Assembly: GCA_965237905.1 (NCBI GenBank)
Contig: OZ250172.1
Location: 430,627 to 462,626, forward strand
DNA from: Nitrospinaceae bacterium
Lineage (GTDB): Bacteria > Nitrospinota > Nitrospinia > Nitrospinales > Nitrospinaceae
Length of the DNA stretch: 32,000 nt
Reading direction: 5' to 3'
How positions within the stretch are numbered: position 1 is the stretch's first letter; every line of letters starts with the position of its first letter. The notes beneath the pieces were generated by a model. The model did no database searches and was not told the origin of the DNA. It saw nothing but the letters and a program-made list of their open reading frames with translations. Below are positions 19,304 through 27,779 of this stretch, in pieces. A program made the position numbers and the translations under genes.

Positions 19304-19720
19304 ATGGGAAAAACGCTGGCGATGATTAAACCCGATGCGGTCGAACGCAATCTCATTGGAAAAATTCTGGAGCGGATCGAATCTAACGGATTCCGCATAG
19401 CAGCCATGAAGCGGGCGCAGTTGACCCTGCCTGTGGCCGAAGGGTTTTATTACGTTCATAAGGAACGCCCCTTCTTCAAGGACCTGACCACTTACATGTG
19501 TACCGGTCCGGTCGTGCTTCTGGTTTTGGCCCGCGACAACGCCATCCCGGAATGGAGGAAACTGATGGGCGCCACCAATCCCAAGGATGCCGACGCAGGA
19601 ACCATCCGCAAGGATTTCGCCATCGATATTGAAAAAAACTCCGTTCACGGCTCGGACTCAGCCGAAAACGCGGCGTTTGAAATTTCCTATTTCTTCAGCC
19701 AAACGGAGATTCTGGGTTAA
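19304..19720 (+). CDS. ndk: Nucleoside-diphosphate kinase
   Basis: [24 protein letters not shown]...[44 protein letters not shown]. Confidence 0.98.
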   Translation: MGKTLAMIKPDAVERNLIGKILERIESNGFRIAAMKRAQLTLPVAEGFYYVHKERPFFKDLTTYMCTGPVVLLVLARDNAIPEWRKLMGATNPKDADAGTIRKDFAIDIEKNSVHGSDSAENAAFEISYFFSQTEILG

Positions 19721-19747
19721 CCGAAAAGTCATCAGGAGAGGAAAATC

Positions 19748-20275
19748 ATGAGACTGGAAATCCGGAAAACCATCGCACCGGCTTTACTCGCGTGGATGAT
19801 GGTTCTCGCCCTGCCTTTCACCGCTGAGGCAGGCTCCAACTATTTTTACCAGCTCTACACCAATCCGGAAAATTTTGGTTTGGTGATCTTCCCTAAAGAA
19901 AGCATCTTTCCTGAATTGGAACAAACCGCCCAATCACTCGGTTTCAAGAAAGTCGAGTCCGGGGAAGCCATCATGCGTTCCGGCAACAAGAAGGATAACT
20001 TTACCTACATGATGCCCAAGGAAGTGCAGAAAAAGTACCGGCTGGAAAAATTCATCATTCTCCAGATTCTGACCGATGGCGTGGGGATTATGGTGGGCAT
20101 TTACGATCAGGAATTCGGGCTCACCCTGCCCACAAAAGTCTTTATAGTTCAAGAGTTAAAGGATAATATCTCAAAAACACTTGATGTTTTTCGCAAACAG
20201 TTGCGGCAGGAAAAAGAGGAAATCGATTGGGTTCCTGGTGCTATACTAAAAAAAGAGTTGATTGGGCATTATTGA
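19748..20275 (+). CDS. Hypothetical secreted protein
   Basis: Signal peptide-like N-terminus (ALLAWMMVLALPFTAEAG); complete ORF with SD aggagagg upstream. Confidence 0.7.
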   Translation: MRLEIRKTIAPALLAWMMVLALPFTAEAGSNYFYQLYTNPENFGLVIFPKESIFPELEQTAQSLGFKKVESGEAIMRSGNKKDNFTYMMPKEVQKKYRLEKFIILQILTDGVGIMVGIYDQEFGLTLPTKVFIVQELKDNISKTLDVFRKQLRQEKEEIDWVPGAILKKELIGHY

Positions 20276-20293
20276 TTTTTGGAGGACCGTTTC

Positions 20294-20485
20294 ATGCCGA
20301 TTTATGAGTACCAATGTGAAAAATGCAAACAGCAAACAGAGGCTCTGCAAAAAGCGGCCGATCCCCCTCTGGAAACCTGTGAAAAATGCGGAGGCAAACT
20401 CCAGAAAACAATTCCCAATTCCACTTTCCATCTCTATGGAGATGGCTTTTACTCCACCGACAACAAACGCAAATACCTGAAGTAG
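20294..20485 (+). CDS. FmdB-type putative regulatory zinc-ribbon protein
   Basis: MPIYEYQCEKCKQQTEALQKAADPPLETCEKCGGKLQKTI; start at 20294 preferred to 20279. Confidence 0.9.
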   Translation: MPIYEYQCEKCKQQTEALQKAADPPLETCEKCGGKLQKTIPNSTFHLYGDGFYSTDNKRKYLK

Positions 20486-20486
20486 C

Positions 20487-20912
20487 ATGATATATATCAC
20501 CCGAAAACTTGAGTTCTGCGCCAGCCATCGGTTGTTCAACCCCGAATACTCCGAGGAGAAAAACGCGCAGGTCTTCGGCCTGTGCAACAATCCCAACGGC
20601 CACGGCCACAACTATGTGATGGAAGTCACCGTCAGGGGCGAGGTGCACCCTGAAACCGGAATGGTGCTGGACCTCAAAGCGCTCAAAAAGCTGGTCAATG
20701 AAGAGATTATTCTCAAAGTCGACCATAAAAATTTAAATGTGGACGTGCCGTTTTTAAAAGACATTATTCCCACCGCGGAAAACCTGGCCATCCATTTCTG
20801 GGAAGTCCTGGAATCCAAGCTGGAAAATGGACAACTGCACGAAATCAAACTGTACGAATCGGATCGCAATTTTGTAATTTACAGAGGAAATTCCCATGAA
20901 AGAGTTGATTGA
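20487..20912 (+). CDS. 6-pyruvoyltetrahydropterin synthase / 6-carboxytetrahydropterin synthase (QueD) family protein
   Basis: [13 protein letters not shown]...[23 protein letters not shown]...[10 protein letters not shown]...YESDRNFV. Confidence 0.92.
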   Translation: MIYITRKLEFCASHRLFNPEYSEEKNAQVFGLCNNPNGHGHNYVMEVTVRGEVHPETGMVLDLKALKKLVNEEIILKVDHKNLNVDVPFLKDIIPTAENLAIHFWEVLESKLENGQLHEIKLYESDRNFVIYRGNSHERVD

Positions 20913-21450
20913 AAAACTACTAGTCGAACTGGGCGAGGACCCTTCCCGCGAGGGTCTGCAAAATACGCCGGAGCGGGTCGCCAATTCCATGAAATTCCTG
21001 ACCGGCGGCTACTGGGTGAATATCGAGGAGTTGGTCAACGACGCCTTGTTTGAAGATCCCAACACCGACGAAATGGTGATTGTGAAAGACATCGACATCT
21101 TCAGTTTGTGCGAGCACCACATGCTCCCGTTTTTCGGCAAATGCCATGTGTCGTATATCCCAAACGGCAAAATCATCGGAATCAGCAAGATTCCGCGGAT
21201 TGTCGATGCCTTTGGCCGGCGCCTGCAGGTGCAGGAACGCCTGACCACACAAATTGCCAACAGCCTGAACGACATTCTGAAACCGAAAGGCGTGGCCGTG
21301 GTGATCGATGCGCTTCACCTGTGCATGTCCATGCGCGGGGTGGAAAAACAGAATTCATACACCACCACCAGCTCGATGCTCGGCGCGTTCAAAACCAATC
21401 CCAGCACGCGGAGCGAATTTCTGAGCCTGCTTGCAGGGCGCAACCGGTAA
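20896..21450 (+). CDS. folE: GTP cyclohydrolase I
   Basis: [26 protein letters not shown]...[48 protein letters not shown]...HLCMSMRGV. Confidence 0.97.
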   Translation: MKELIEKLLVELGEDPSREGLQNTPERVANSMKFLTGGYWVNIEELVNDALFEDPNTDEMVIVKDIDIFSLCEHHMLPFFGKCHVSYIPNGKIIGISKIPRIVDAFGRRLQVQERLTTQIANSLNDILKPKGVAVVIDALHLCMSMRGVEKQNSYTTTSSMLGAFKTNPSTRSEFLSLLAGRNR

Positions 21451-21515
21451 TGACCGACAATCCGGCACGTTTTCGTAAACCCTTTTAAAATAAGGAATAT
21501 TTATGCCCACTCGGT

Positions 21516-21545
21516 TTGACATCCCCAAAAACCAAGAGCTATAAT
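21516..21545 (+). promoter_or_regulatory. Consensus sigma70 promoter for phoH
   Basis: TTGACA (21516-21521), 18-nt spacer, TATAAT (21540-21545); both hexamers match consensus exactly. Confidence 0.75.
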
Positions 21546-21578
21546 GGGGCATTAACCATTCCAAGGGAACGCAATCGT

Positions 21579-22568
21579 TTGAACGACTCCACCACCAAAG
21601 ATTTACTCCTCGAAACCAGCGAGTACATTCCGGATATATTCGGCACCCAGGACCTCAACCTCAAGCAAATCGAAAAGAAGTTCAACGTCCGCATCACCAC
21701 ACGGGAAAACCATATCAAAATCAACGGCGGACCGAAAGATGTCGAAGCAGTCGAACGCCTGCTCCTGCAATTGCAGGAAATGATGGCCCAGGGCAATAAA
21801 CTGCAGAATGGCGACATCAAATTCGCCATCCGGCTGGTGGCGGAAGACCCGGAGGTGAATCTGCAATCCCTGTTCAGCGAGCGGGTCACCGTATCTCCGA
21901 GAAAAGGGTTCATCACCCCGAAGGGAACCAACCAGCGTGAAATGATCCGGTCGATCCGGGATAGCGATGTCGTACTGGCCATCGGTCCTGCGGGAACGGG
22001 CAAAACCTATCTCGCCGTGGCCATGGCGGTCGAGGGATTTCTCAAACACCAATACAAGCGCATCATTCTCACCCGCCCGGCGGTGGAAGCAGGAGAAAAA
22101 CTGGGCTACCTGCCGGGAGACATTGCCGAGAAAATCCATCCCTACCTCATGCCGCTGTACGACGCGTTGTACGACATGATCGAGTTCAATCAGGTCCAGC
22201 AGATGATCCAGGAAGGCTATATCGAAATCGCCCCCCTGGCCTACATGCGGGGCCGCACGCTCAACGATGCCTTCATCATTCTGGATGAGGCGCAGAACTC
22301 CACCGTACCACAGATGAAGATGTTTCTGACGCGGCTGGGATCCCGCTCCAAGATGGTGGTCACCGGCGACATCACCCAGGTCGACCTGCCCACCGGCACC
22401 CAGTCGGGCCTCATCAACGCCAAACATACCCTGAAACATATCGAAGGCATCCGGACCATTAATTTCAAAGAAAAAGACGTGGTCCGGCACGATCTGGTCA
22501 AAAAAATCGTCCACGCCTACGAGAATGAGCGCACCTCTTCTGCCAATGGCAACTCCAATTCCAGCTAA
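21579..22568 (+). CDS. PhoH family ATPase (called ORF begins at 21516; TTG at 21579 preferred)
   Basis: LNLKQIEKKFNVRITTRENHIKINGG; Walker A AIGPAGTGKTYLAVAMAV; AYMRGRTLNDAFIILDEAQNSTVPQMKMFLTRLG. Confidence 0.93.
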   Translation: MNDSTTKDLLLETSEYIPDIFGTQDLNLKQIEKKFNVRITTRENHIKINGGPKDVEAVERLLLQLQEMMAQGNKLQNGDIKFAIRLVAEDPEVNLQSLFSERVTVSPRKGFITPKGTNQREMIRSIRDSDVVLAIGPAGTGKTYLAVAMAVEGFLKHQYKRIILTRPAVEAGEKLGYLPGDIAEKIHPYLMPLYDALYDMIEFNQVQQMIQEGYIEIAPLAYMRGRTLNDAFIILDEAQNSTVPQMKMFLTRLGSRSKMVVTGDITQVDLPTGTQSGLINAKHTLKHIEGIRTINFKEKDVVRHDLVKKIVHAYENERTSSANGNSNSS

Positions 22569-22577
22569 ACATCTTGT

Positions 22578-22612
22578 GCAGTCAAGGAGAGACTTGACCG
22601 CTTTTATTTTTT
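22578..22612 (+). terminator. Intrinsic terminator downstream of phoH
   Basis: GCa-GTCAAG-gagaga-CTTGAC-cGC followed by ttttatttttt. Confidence 0.8.
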
Positions 22613-22615
22613 ACT

Positions 22616-23179
22616 ATGAATATATTTAATACACTAAAGTTTGAATTGGTTATAGCGGTTCTAATGATTTGGAATCTGTATTACGTTCCGCCAGCCAATG
22701 CAAACCCCGATATAAATAAAATTTGCGACTCCTACAAAGAATTTTCAGCAGAAGCCTATTGGAGTTCTTTTTATGAACTTCCTTTTGTCGCAGAGAAGGC
22801 AGATGGCGAATATATTTATGCACTGAGTCGATGGAGAGACACGAGATGCATCAAGGTTAAAAAGGACACTTTGGAGGAAATCGGACCCCATACCCGAAGT
22901 GCAAAATACTGGATGAAAATATGGATTAATCGTTCTGATTACGATCGCGGACTTTACACCGTAGCTGGGGAGGATGGGAAATCACACAATATTGGTCCCA
23001 AAATAATCGACCAAATGCATGAGGTTTCTGGACTGCGTTTTAAAGAGCAACGAGAATGGCAGCGTTGGTGGAAAGAAAACAGAGATTTTTTGGTCTGGTC
23101 TAATGAAAAAGGTGTTTTGGTAATTGATGATCAAGCGAAGCAAAATGCGAAGAATCCTAGTTTACCAGCGCCTTTTTAG
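22616..23179 (+). CDS. Hypothetical secreted protein, AT-rich, inserted between phoH and ybeY
   Basis: Complete 187-aa ORF with signal peptide-like N-terminus (LVIAVLMIWNLYYVPPANANP). Confidence 0.6.
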   Translation: MNIFNTLKFELVIAVLMIWNLYYVPPANANPDINKICDSYKEFSAEAYWSSFYELPFVAEKADGEYIYALSRWRDTRCIKVKKDTLEEIGPHTRSAKYWMKIWINRSDYDRGLYTVAGEDGKSHNIGPKIIDQMHEVSGLRFKEQREWQRWWKENRDFLVWSNEKGVLVIDDQAKQNAKNPSLPAPF

Positions 23180-23190
23180 GATAAAAGGCT

Positions 23191-23658
23191 ATGGAAATTT
23201 TGCTCACCAACAACCAGAGTCAATACCCGGTAGACGCCGCCCAGTTCCAGTCCCAAATCGGTCAAGTTCTTGAAAAATTAGGAGAAACCCAGTGCGAGCT
23301 GAGCCTGTTGTTGACAGATGACGTTGAAATTCAAGGGCTTAACCGGACCTACCGCAGCCTCGATAAGGCCACGGATGTGCTATCCTTCCCTCAGGACGAG
23401 GATGCGGTCAACGAATCGGGGGATACCCTGCTGGGCGACGTGGTGATTTCGGTCGAAACGGCGGCCCGTCAGGCGGAGGAGCATCATCTCAGCTTCAATG
23501 AAGAGTTGATCCTGCTGGCCATTCACGGCATACTTCACCTGTTGGGCTACGACCACGAACGGTCCCCGCAAGACGCCCGCATCATGCAAGACAAAACCCA
23601 GGCAGTTTTCGAAACCCTGTTTCCCGGCCGACGTCCCTCGGGAACCAGTAATTTTTGA
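23191..23658 (+). CDS. ybeY: Endoribonuclease YbeY / rRNA maturation factor
   Basis: Metal-binding motif AIHGILHLLGYDH; LNRTYRSLDKATDVLSFP. Confidence 0.96.
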   Translation: MEILLTNNQSQYPVDAAQFQSQIGQVLEKLGETQCELSLLLTDDVEIQGLNRTYRSLDKATDVLSFPQDEDAVNESGDTLLGDVVISVETAARQAEEHHLSFNEELILLAIHGILHLLGYDHERSPQDARIMQDKTQAVFETLFPGRRPSGTSNF

Positions 23659-23689
23659 CCGCGACTGCGCGAACCGGAGACCCGATTGT

Positions 23690-24178
23690 ATGCAAAACCT
23701 CTGGGCCCCCTGGAGAATGGAGTATATCGTGTCGGACAAAACCGCCGAGTGCATCTTTTGCACCGCCCCGCCGGCCAACGATGACCCCGCAAAAAAAATC
23801 CTGCACCGGGGCGAGCATAGTTTTGTGATGATCAACATCTTCCCGTACTCCAACGGGCACCTCCTGATCTCTCCGTACCGGCACCTGGACTGCCTGACCA
23901 AGCTGAACGACGCCGAATTGATGGAAAGCGGCAAGTTGATCCAGAAGTCCATGGACATCCTGCGCCAGGCCTATACTCCGGATGGCTTCAACGTGGGATA
24001 CAATATCGGCAGAAGTGGTGGCGCGGGATTTGAAGACCACATCCACGCCCACATCGTGCCGCGCTGGGCCGCCGACACCAATTTCATGCCGGTGCTGGCC
24101 GACACCAAGGTCCACCCGGAACACATCGAAGGCACTTACAACCGCCTGCAACCGCTGTTTCAAAATTTGAAGCTCTAA
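23690..24178 (+). CDS. HIT domain protein (AP4A hydrolase/phosphorylase-like)
   Basis: MQNLWAPWRMEYI...CIFCTAP...NIFPYSNGHLLISPYRHL...GAGFEDHIHAHIVPRW. Confidence 0.93.
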   Translation: MQNLWAPWRMEYIVSDKTAECIFCTAPPANDDPAKKILHRGEHSFVMINIFPYSNGHLLISPYRHLDCLTKLNDAELMESGKLIQKSMDILRQAYTPDGFNVGYNIGRSGGAGFEDHIHAHIVPRWAADTNFMPVLADTKVHPEHIEGTYNRLQPLFQNLKL

Positions 24179-24179
24179 C

Positions 24180-26837
24180 ATGACTGAAACCGTCAAGAAT
24201 AAAAAACCGGTGCCCGACGAAACTCCCATGATGCAGCAGTACCAGAGCATCAAGCGGGACTACCCGGACGCCATCCTGTTCTTCCGGATGGGCGACTTCT
24301 ACGAGATGTTCAACGAGGACGCGAAAACCGCCTCCAAGATTCTTGAGATCGCCCTCACCTCACGCAATAAAAACCAGGCGAACCCGGTGCCGATGTGCGG
24401 CATCCCGCATCATTCCTCCAACCTGTATATTTCGAAGCTGGTCAAACAGGGTAAAAAGATCGCCATCTGCGAACAGGTGGAAGACCCGAGGCTGGCCAAG
24501 GGACTGGTGAAGCGGGAAGTGGTGCGCGTCATCACCCCGGGAACGGTGCTGGAGGATCACCTGCTGGACCCGAAAAGCCATCATTACCTGGCCTCCATCT
24601 ACATCGGACGCGACGGCACCGGACTGGCGGCGGTGGATCTGTCCACCGGTGAATTCAAGGTGACCGAAATCCAGGATACCGGGTCGCACTCTCTACTGAT
24701 GGATGAGTTGAACAAACTGGACCCGCGGGAAGTCATCGCTCCCGAATCCATCCTCAATGACGAAGGTTCGGGCATCACCGGACTTTCCCAGGGGTCGTAC
24801 TGCGTGAACCCTTGCGAGGACTGGACCTACAGCCACGGCGAAGCCTACCGGCAGTTGACGGACCATTTCAAAACCCACTCACTGGAAGGATTCGGCTGTG
24901 AGCATCTTAAAAACGCCATCAGCGCGGCGGGCGCCCTGATCCGATATCTGTGCGACACCCAGAAGTCCGCGGTGCAACATGTGAATACCCTGTCCACCTT
25001 CAACATCCACAGTTACATGTGGCTCGACCAAGCCACCGTCAACAGCCTCGAGTTGGTGAAATCCAGCGACGGCGAACGCAAGCATTCCCTGCTCGGCCTC
25101 TTAGACGAAACCTGCACGCCGATGGGGGCCCGGCGCCTCAAGGAATGGATTCTGAAACCGCTGGTCGACCGGACCGCAATCGAGGACCGGCTGAATGGGG
25201 TGACGGTGTTTCACGACAACCTCATGGACCGCAACGATCTGCGCTCCCACCTTGGAAACATCTATGACTTGGAACGCCTGCTGGGCCGCATCTCGTTGTC
25301 CGCGTGCAGTCCCAGGGATTTGGCGGCGCTCAAAAGCTCGTTGGCCGTTCTGCCGGAGATCAAGCAAACTCTGCAACGCTGTGATTCCAAAGACCTGCAA
25401 CGATTCATCGAATCGTGGGACAACCTGGAATCGGTGCATCAAAAGATTGATCAAATGATTGTGGACGATCCGCCCTATAACTTCAAGGACGGCCACCTGA
25501 TCAAACCCGGTTGCCATGAACAACTGGACCGGTTGAAATCCATTACGCGCGACGGCAACCAGTCGATTGCCGCTTTGGAAGCGCGCGAACGCGAACGCAC
25601 CAGCATCCCTCAGTTGAAAGTCGGCTTCAACAAAATTTATGGGTATTACATCGAGGTGACGAAAAAGAATCTCGACCGGGTGCCAGAGGATTATATTCGC
25701 AAGCAATCGCTGGTCAACTGCGAGCGGTTCATCTCGCCGGAACTGAAAGAACACGAAACTGAGATTACCGGTGCGGAAGAAAAGATACTGGCGCTCGAAC
25801 AGGAATTGTTTCAGCAGGTCCGGCAGGCGGTGGCGGCGGAGGGCCAACGCATTCAATCCATGGCACTCCTGCTGAGTCAACTGGACGCGATGGCGTCCCT
25901 CGCGGAAGTGGCTCATCGGCACCAGTACACCCGCCCTGTGCTGAGAGAGGACACGGATCTTCGTTTCGTCAACGGACGCCACCCACTGGTGGAACTCATC
26001 GATCCCTCCAATCCGTTCATCCCCAACAACACCACTTTGGACTGTGACGGCAACCAGATCATGATCATCACCGGTCCCAACATGGCCGGCAAATCCACCT
26101 ACCTCCGGCAGGTGGCGCTGATCACATTAATGGCGCAGATCGGCAGTTATGTTCCGGCGGAAGAAGCGGAACTGGGGCTGGTCGACCGCATCTTCTCCCG
26201 GGTCGGCGCGCAGGATCATTTGCTGAAGGGGCAATCGACTTTCATGGTGGAGATGAACGAAGCCGCCAACATTCTCAACAATGCCACTCGCAAGAGCCTG
26301 ATCATTCTGGATGAAATCGGGCGAGGCACCAGCACCTTCGACGGCATCAGCATTGCCTGGTCGATGGTCGAATACCTCCACGGTCCCGAGCGCATCGGCG
26401 CCAAAACCCTGTTCGCCACGCATTACCATGAATTGACCGAATTGGAGGAAACGCTTCCGGGAGTCAAAAATTTCAACGTGCAGGTCAAGGAATGGAACGA
26501 CGAGATTATCTTTCTGAGAAAAATTGCGCCCGGCGGTGCCGACAAGAGTTACGGAATTCAGGTCGCCCGGTTGGCGGGTTTACCGGAGAAAGTCTTGAAG
26601 CGGGCTCACGAGGTATTGTTCAATTTGGAAAACAGCGAATATGATGAAGCGGGAGCGCCTAAAATCGGACGCTCGGAGGACGCTCCGTCCGCCACCGGAC
26701 CCCAGCAAATGGGATTGTTCGCCTCCCTGCCCTCACCTTTGGTTCAGAAACTGAAGGAAATCCGGCCCGATGAATTGACCCCGCGGGAAGCCCTGGCAAA
26801 ATGGGATGAAGTCCTTGAAATCCTGAAAGACGGGTGA
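24180..26837 (+). CDS. mutS: DNA mismatch repair protein MutS
   Basis: MMQQYQSIKRDYPDAILFFRMGDFYEMF; ITGPNMAGKSTYLRQVALI; SRVGAQDHLLKGQSTFMVEMNEAANIL; DEIGRGTSTFDGISIAWS. Confidence 0.98.
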   Translation: MTETVKNKKPVPDETPMMQQYQSIKRDYPDAILFFRMGDFYEMFNEDAKTASKILEIALTSRNKNQANPVPMCGIPHHSSNLYISKLVKQGKKIAICEQVEDPRLAKGLVKREVVRVITPGTVLEDHLLDPKSHHYLASIYIGRDGTGLAAVDLSTGEFKVTEIQDTGSHSLLMDELNKLDPREVIAPESILNDEGSGITGLSQGSYCVNPCEDWTYSHGEAYRQLTDHFKTHSLEGFGCEHLKNAISAAGALIRYLCDTQKSAVQHVNTLSTFNIHSYMWLDQATVNSLELVKSSDGERKHSLLGLLDETCTPMGARRLKEWILKPLVDRTAIEDRLNGVTVFHDNLMDRNDLRSHLGNIYDLERLLGRISLSACSPRDLAALKSSLAVLPEIKQTLQRCDSKDLQRFIESWDNLESVHQKIDQMIVDDPPYNFKDGHLIKPGCHEQLDRLKSITRDGNQSIAALEARERERTSIPQLKVGFNKIYGYYIEVTKKNLDRVPEDYIRKQSLVNCERFISPELKEHETEITGAEEKILALEQELFQQVRQAVAAEGQRIQSMALLLSQLDAMASLAEVAHRHQYTRPVLREDTDLRFVNGRHPLVELIDPSNPFIPNNTTLDCDGNQIMIITGPNMAGKSTYLRQVALITLMAQIGSYVPAEEAELGLVDRIFSRVGAQDHLLKGQSTFMVEMNEAANILNNATRKSLIILDEIGRGTSTFDGISIAWSMVEYLHGPERIGAKTLFATHYHELTELEETLPGVKNFNVQVKEWNDEIIFLRKIAPGGADKSYGIQVARLAGLPEKVLKRAHEVLFNLENSEYDEAGAPKIGRSEDAPSATGPQQMGLFASLPSPLVQKLKEIRPDELTPREALAKWDEVLEILKDG

Positions 26838-27104
26838 TTTGCCCCCTTTTTTCAGAAGTTTTTACTCGACCGAAACCTTTGGAACTCCCGCAAAGCTGCC
26901 TAAAAACAATTCTCTAAAGTATTCCCCCAAAAAGGGATGTCAAAAACAGGCGCAATTTCATCCAACTTCAATAAAAATGGGTATTTACTACCAATGTAAA
27001 ATAATCTATCATAGGAATGTTAGGTCGGATCAATAGAGTTGCGTGAAAACCCCTTGTTTTATTTTGCGTTTAATCGGTACAAAACATTTTTTATAAAACC
27101 CCTC

Positions 27105-27779
27105 ATGAATAATTTCTCTAAAACCCTCCGAGTTCTCACTTTGTTTTTCGGGATATGGTGTTGTTTTATTATCCCAGCCTGGGCCAAACCGACCATATCC
27201 AAAATCAGCCTCAATACCGAAAAAGAATTAATCACTCTCGATGCGGAATTGATTGACGCGTTCAATGAAAAGATCAAGGAGGCTATCGAAAGCGGCGTCG
27301 CGATGACTTTCACTTACGAAGTCGAGTTACTCAAACAGTCTTCTGGTTTTGGAGACGACGTGGTATCGCAAAACAAGGTGACCCATACCATCCAGTACGA
27401 CACGCTGAAAAAAGTCTACCAGTTTTCCTCAAAAGGGAAAAATGTCAACCGCAAGATTACCACCAAGAGTATGGAGAAGTATCAGCAATTGATGTTGACA
27501 CTCAAGGATATTCCCATTGCCCACATCTTCAAACTGGATCCGGAGGAAAAGTATTACGCTCGTGTGAAAGCGGAAATGGAAGCGGATGGCCTGTGGTTTC
27601 CGTTCAATTACCTTCTATTCTTTGTTCCTTTTGAGGAGTTTGAAACTTCGTGGACCCAGTCCACCCCTCTGGCTATTAAAACGGATCCGGCCTTTGGAAT
27701 GGAAGCTTCTCAAAAAAAATCCAAGCCGGCAATCCCTTCCGAGGGGGTAGCAAATGGTATCCGATCCTTTAACCAGTAA
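27105..27779 (+). CDS. DUF4390 domain-containing secreted protein
   Basis: Signal peptide MNNFSKTLRVLTLFFGIWCCFIIPAWAKP; ATG at 27105 preferred over GTG at 27039. Located immediately before the NtrY-like gene. Confidence 0.75.
   Translation: MNNFSKTLRVLTLFFGIWCCFIIPAWAKPTISKISLNTEKELITLDAELIDAFNEKIKEAIESGVAMTFTYEVELLKQSSGFGDDVVSQNKVTHTIQYDTLKKVYQFSSKGKNVNRKITTKSMEKYQQLMLTLKDIPIAHIFKLDPEEKYYARVKAEMEADGLWFPFNYLLFFVPFEEFETSWTQSTPLAIKTDPAFGMEASQKKSKPAIPSEGVANGIRSFNQ

Noticed and set aside
21603-22514. 303-aa minus-strand ORF
   Set aside because: Antisense to phoH; no family signature.
25101-25982. 293-aa minus-strand ORF
   Set aside because: Antisense to mutS; shadow ORF.
26838-27104. Possible small gene (ORF 26839..27036) between mutS and DUF4390
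   Set aside because: Low-information sequence, no RBS support, no domain; treated as intergenic.
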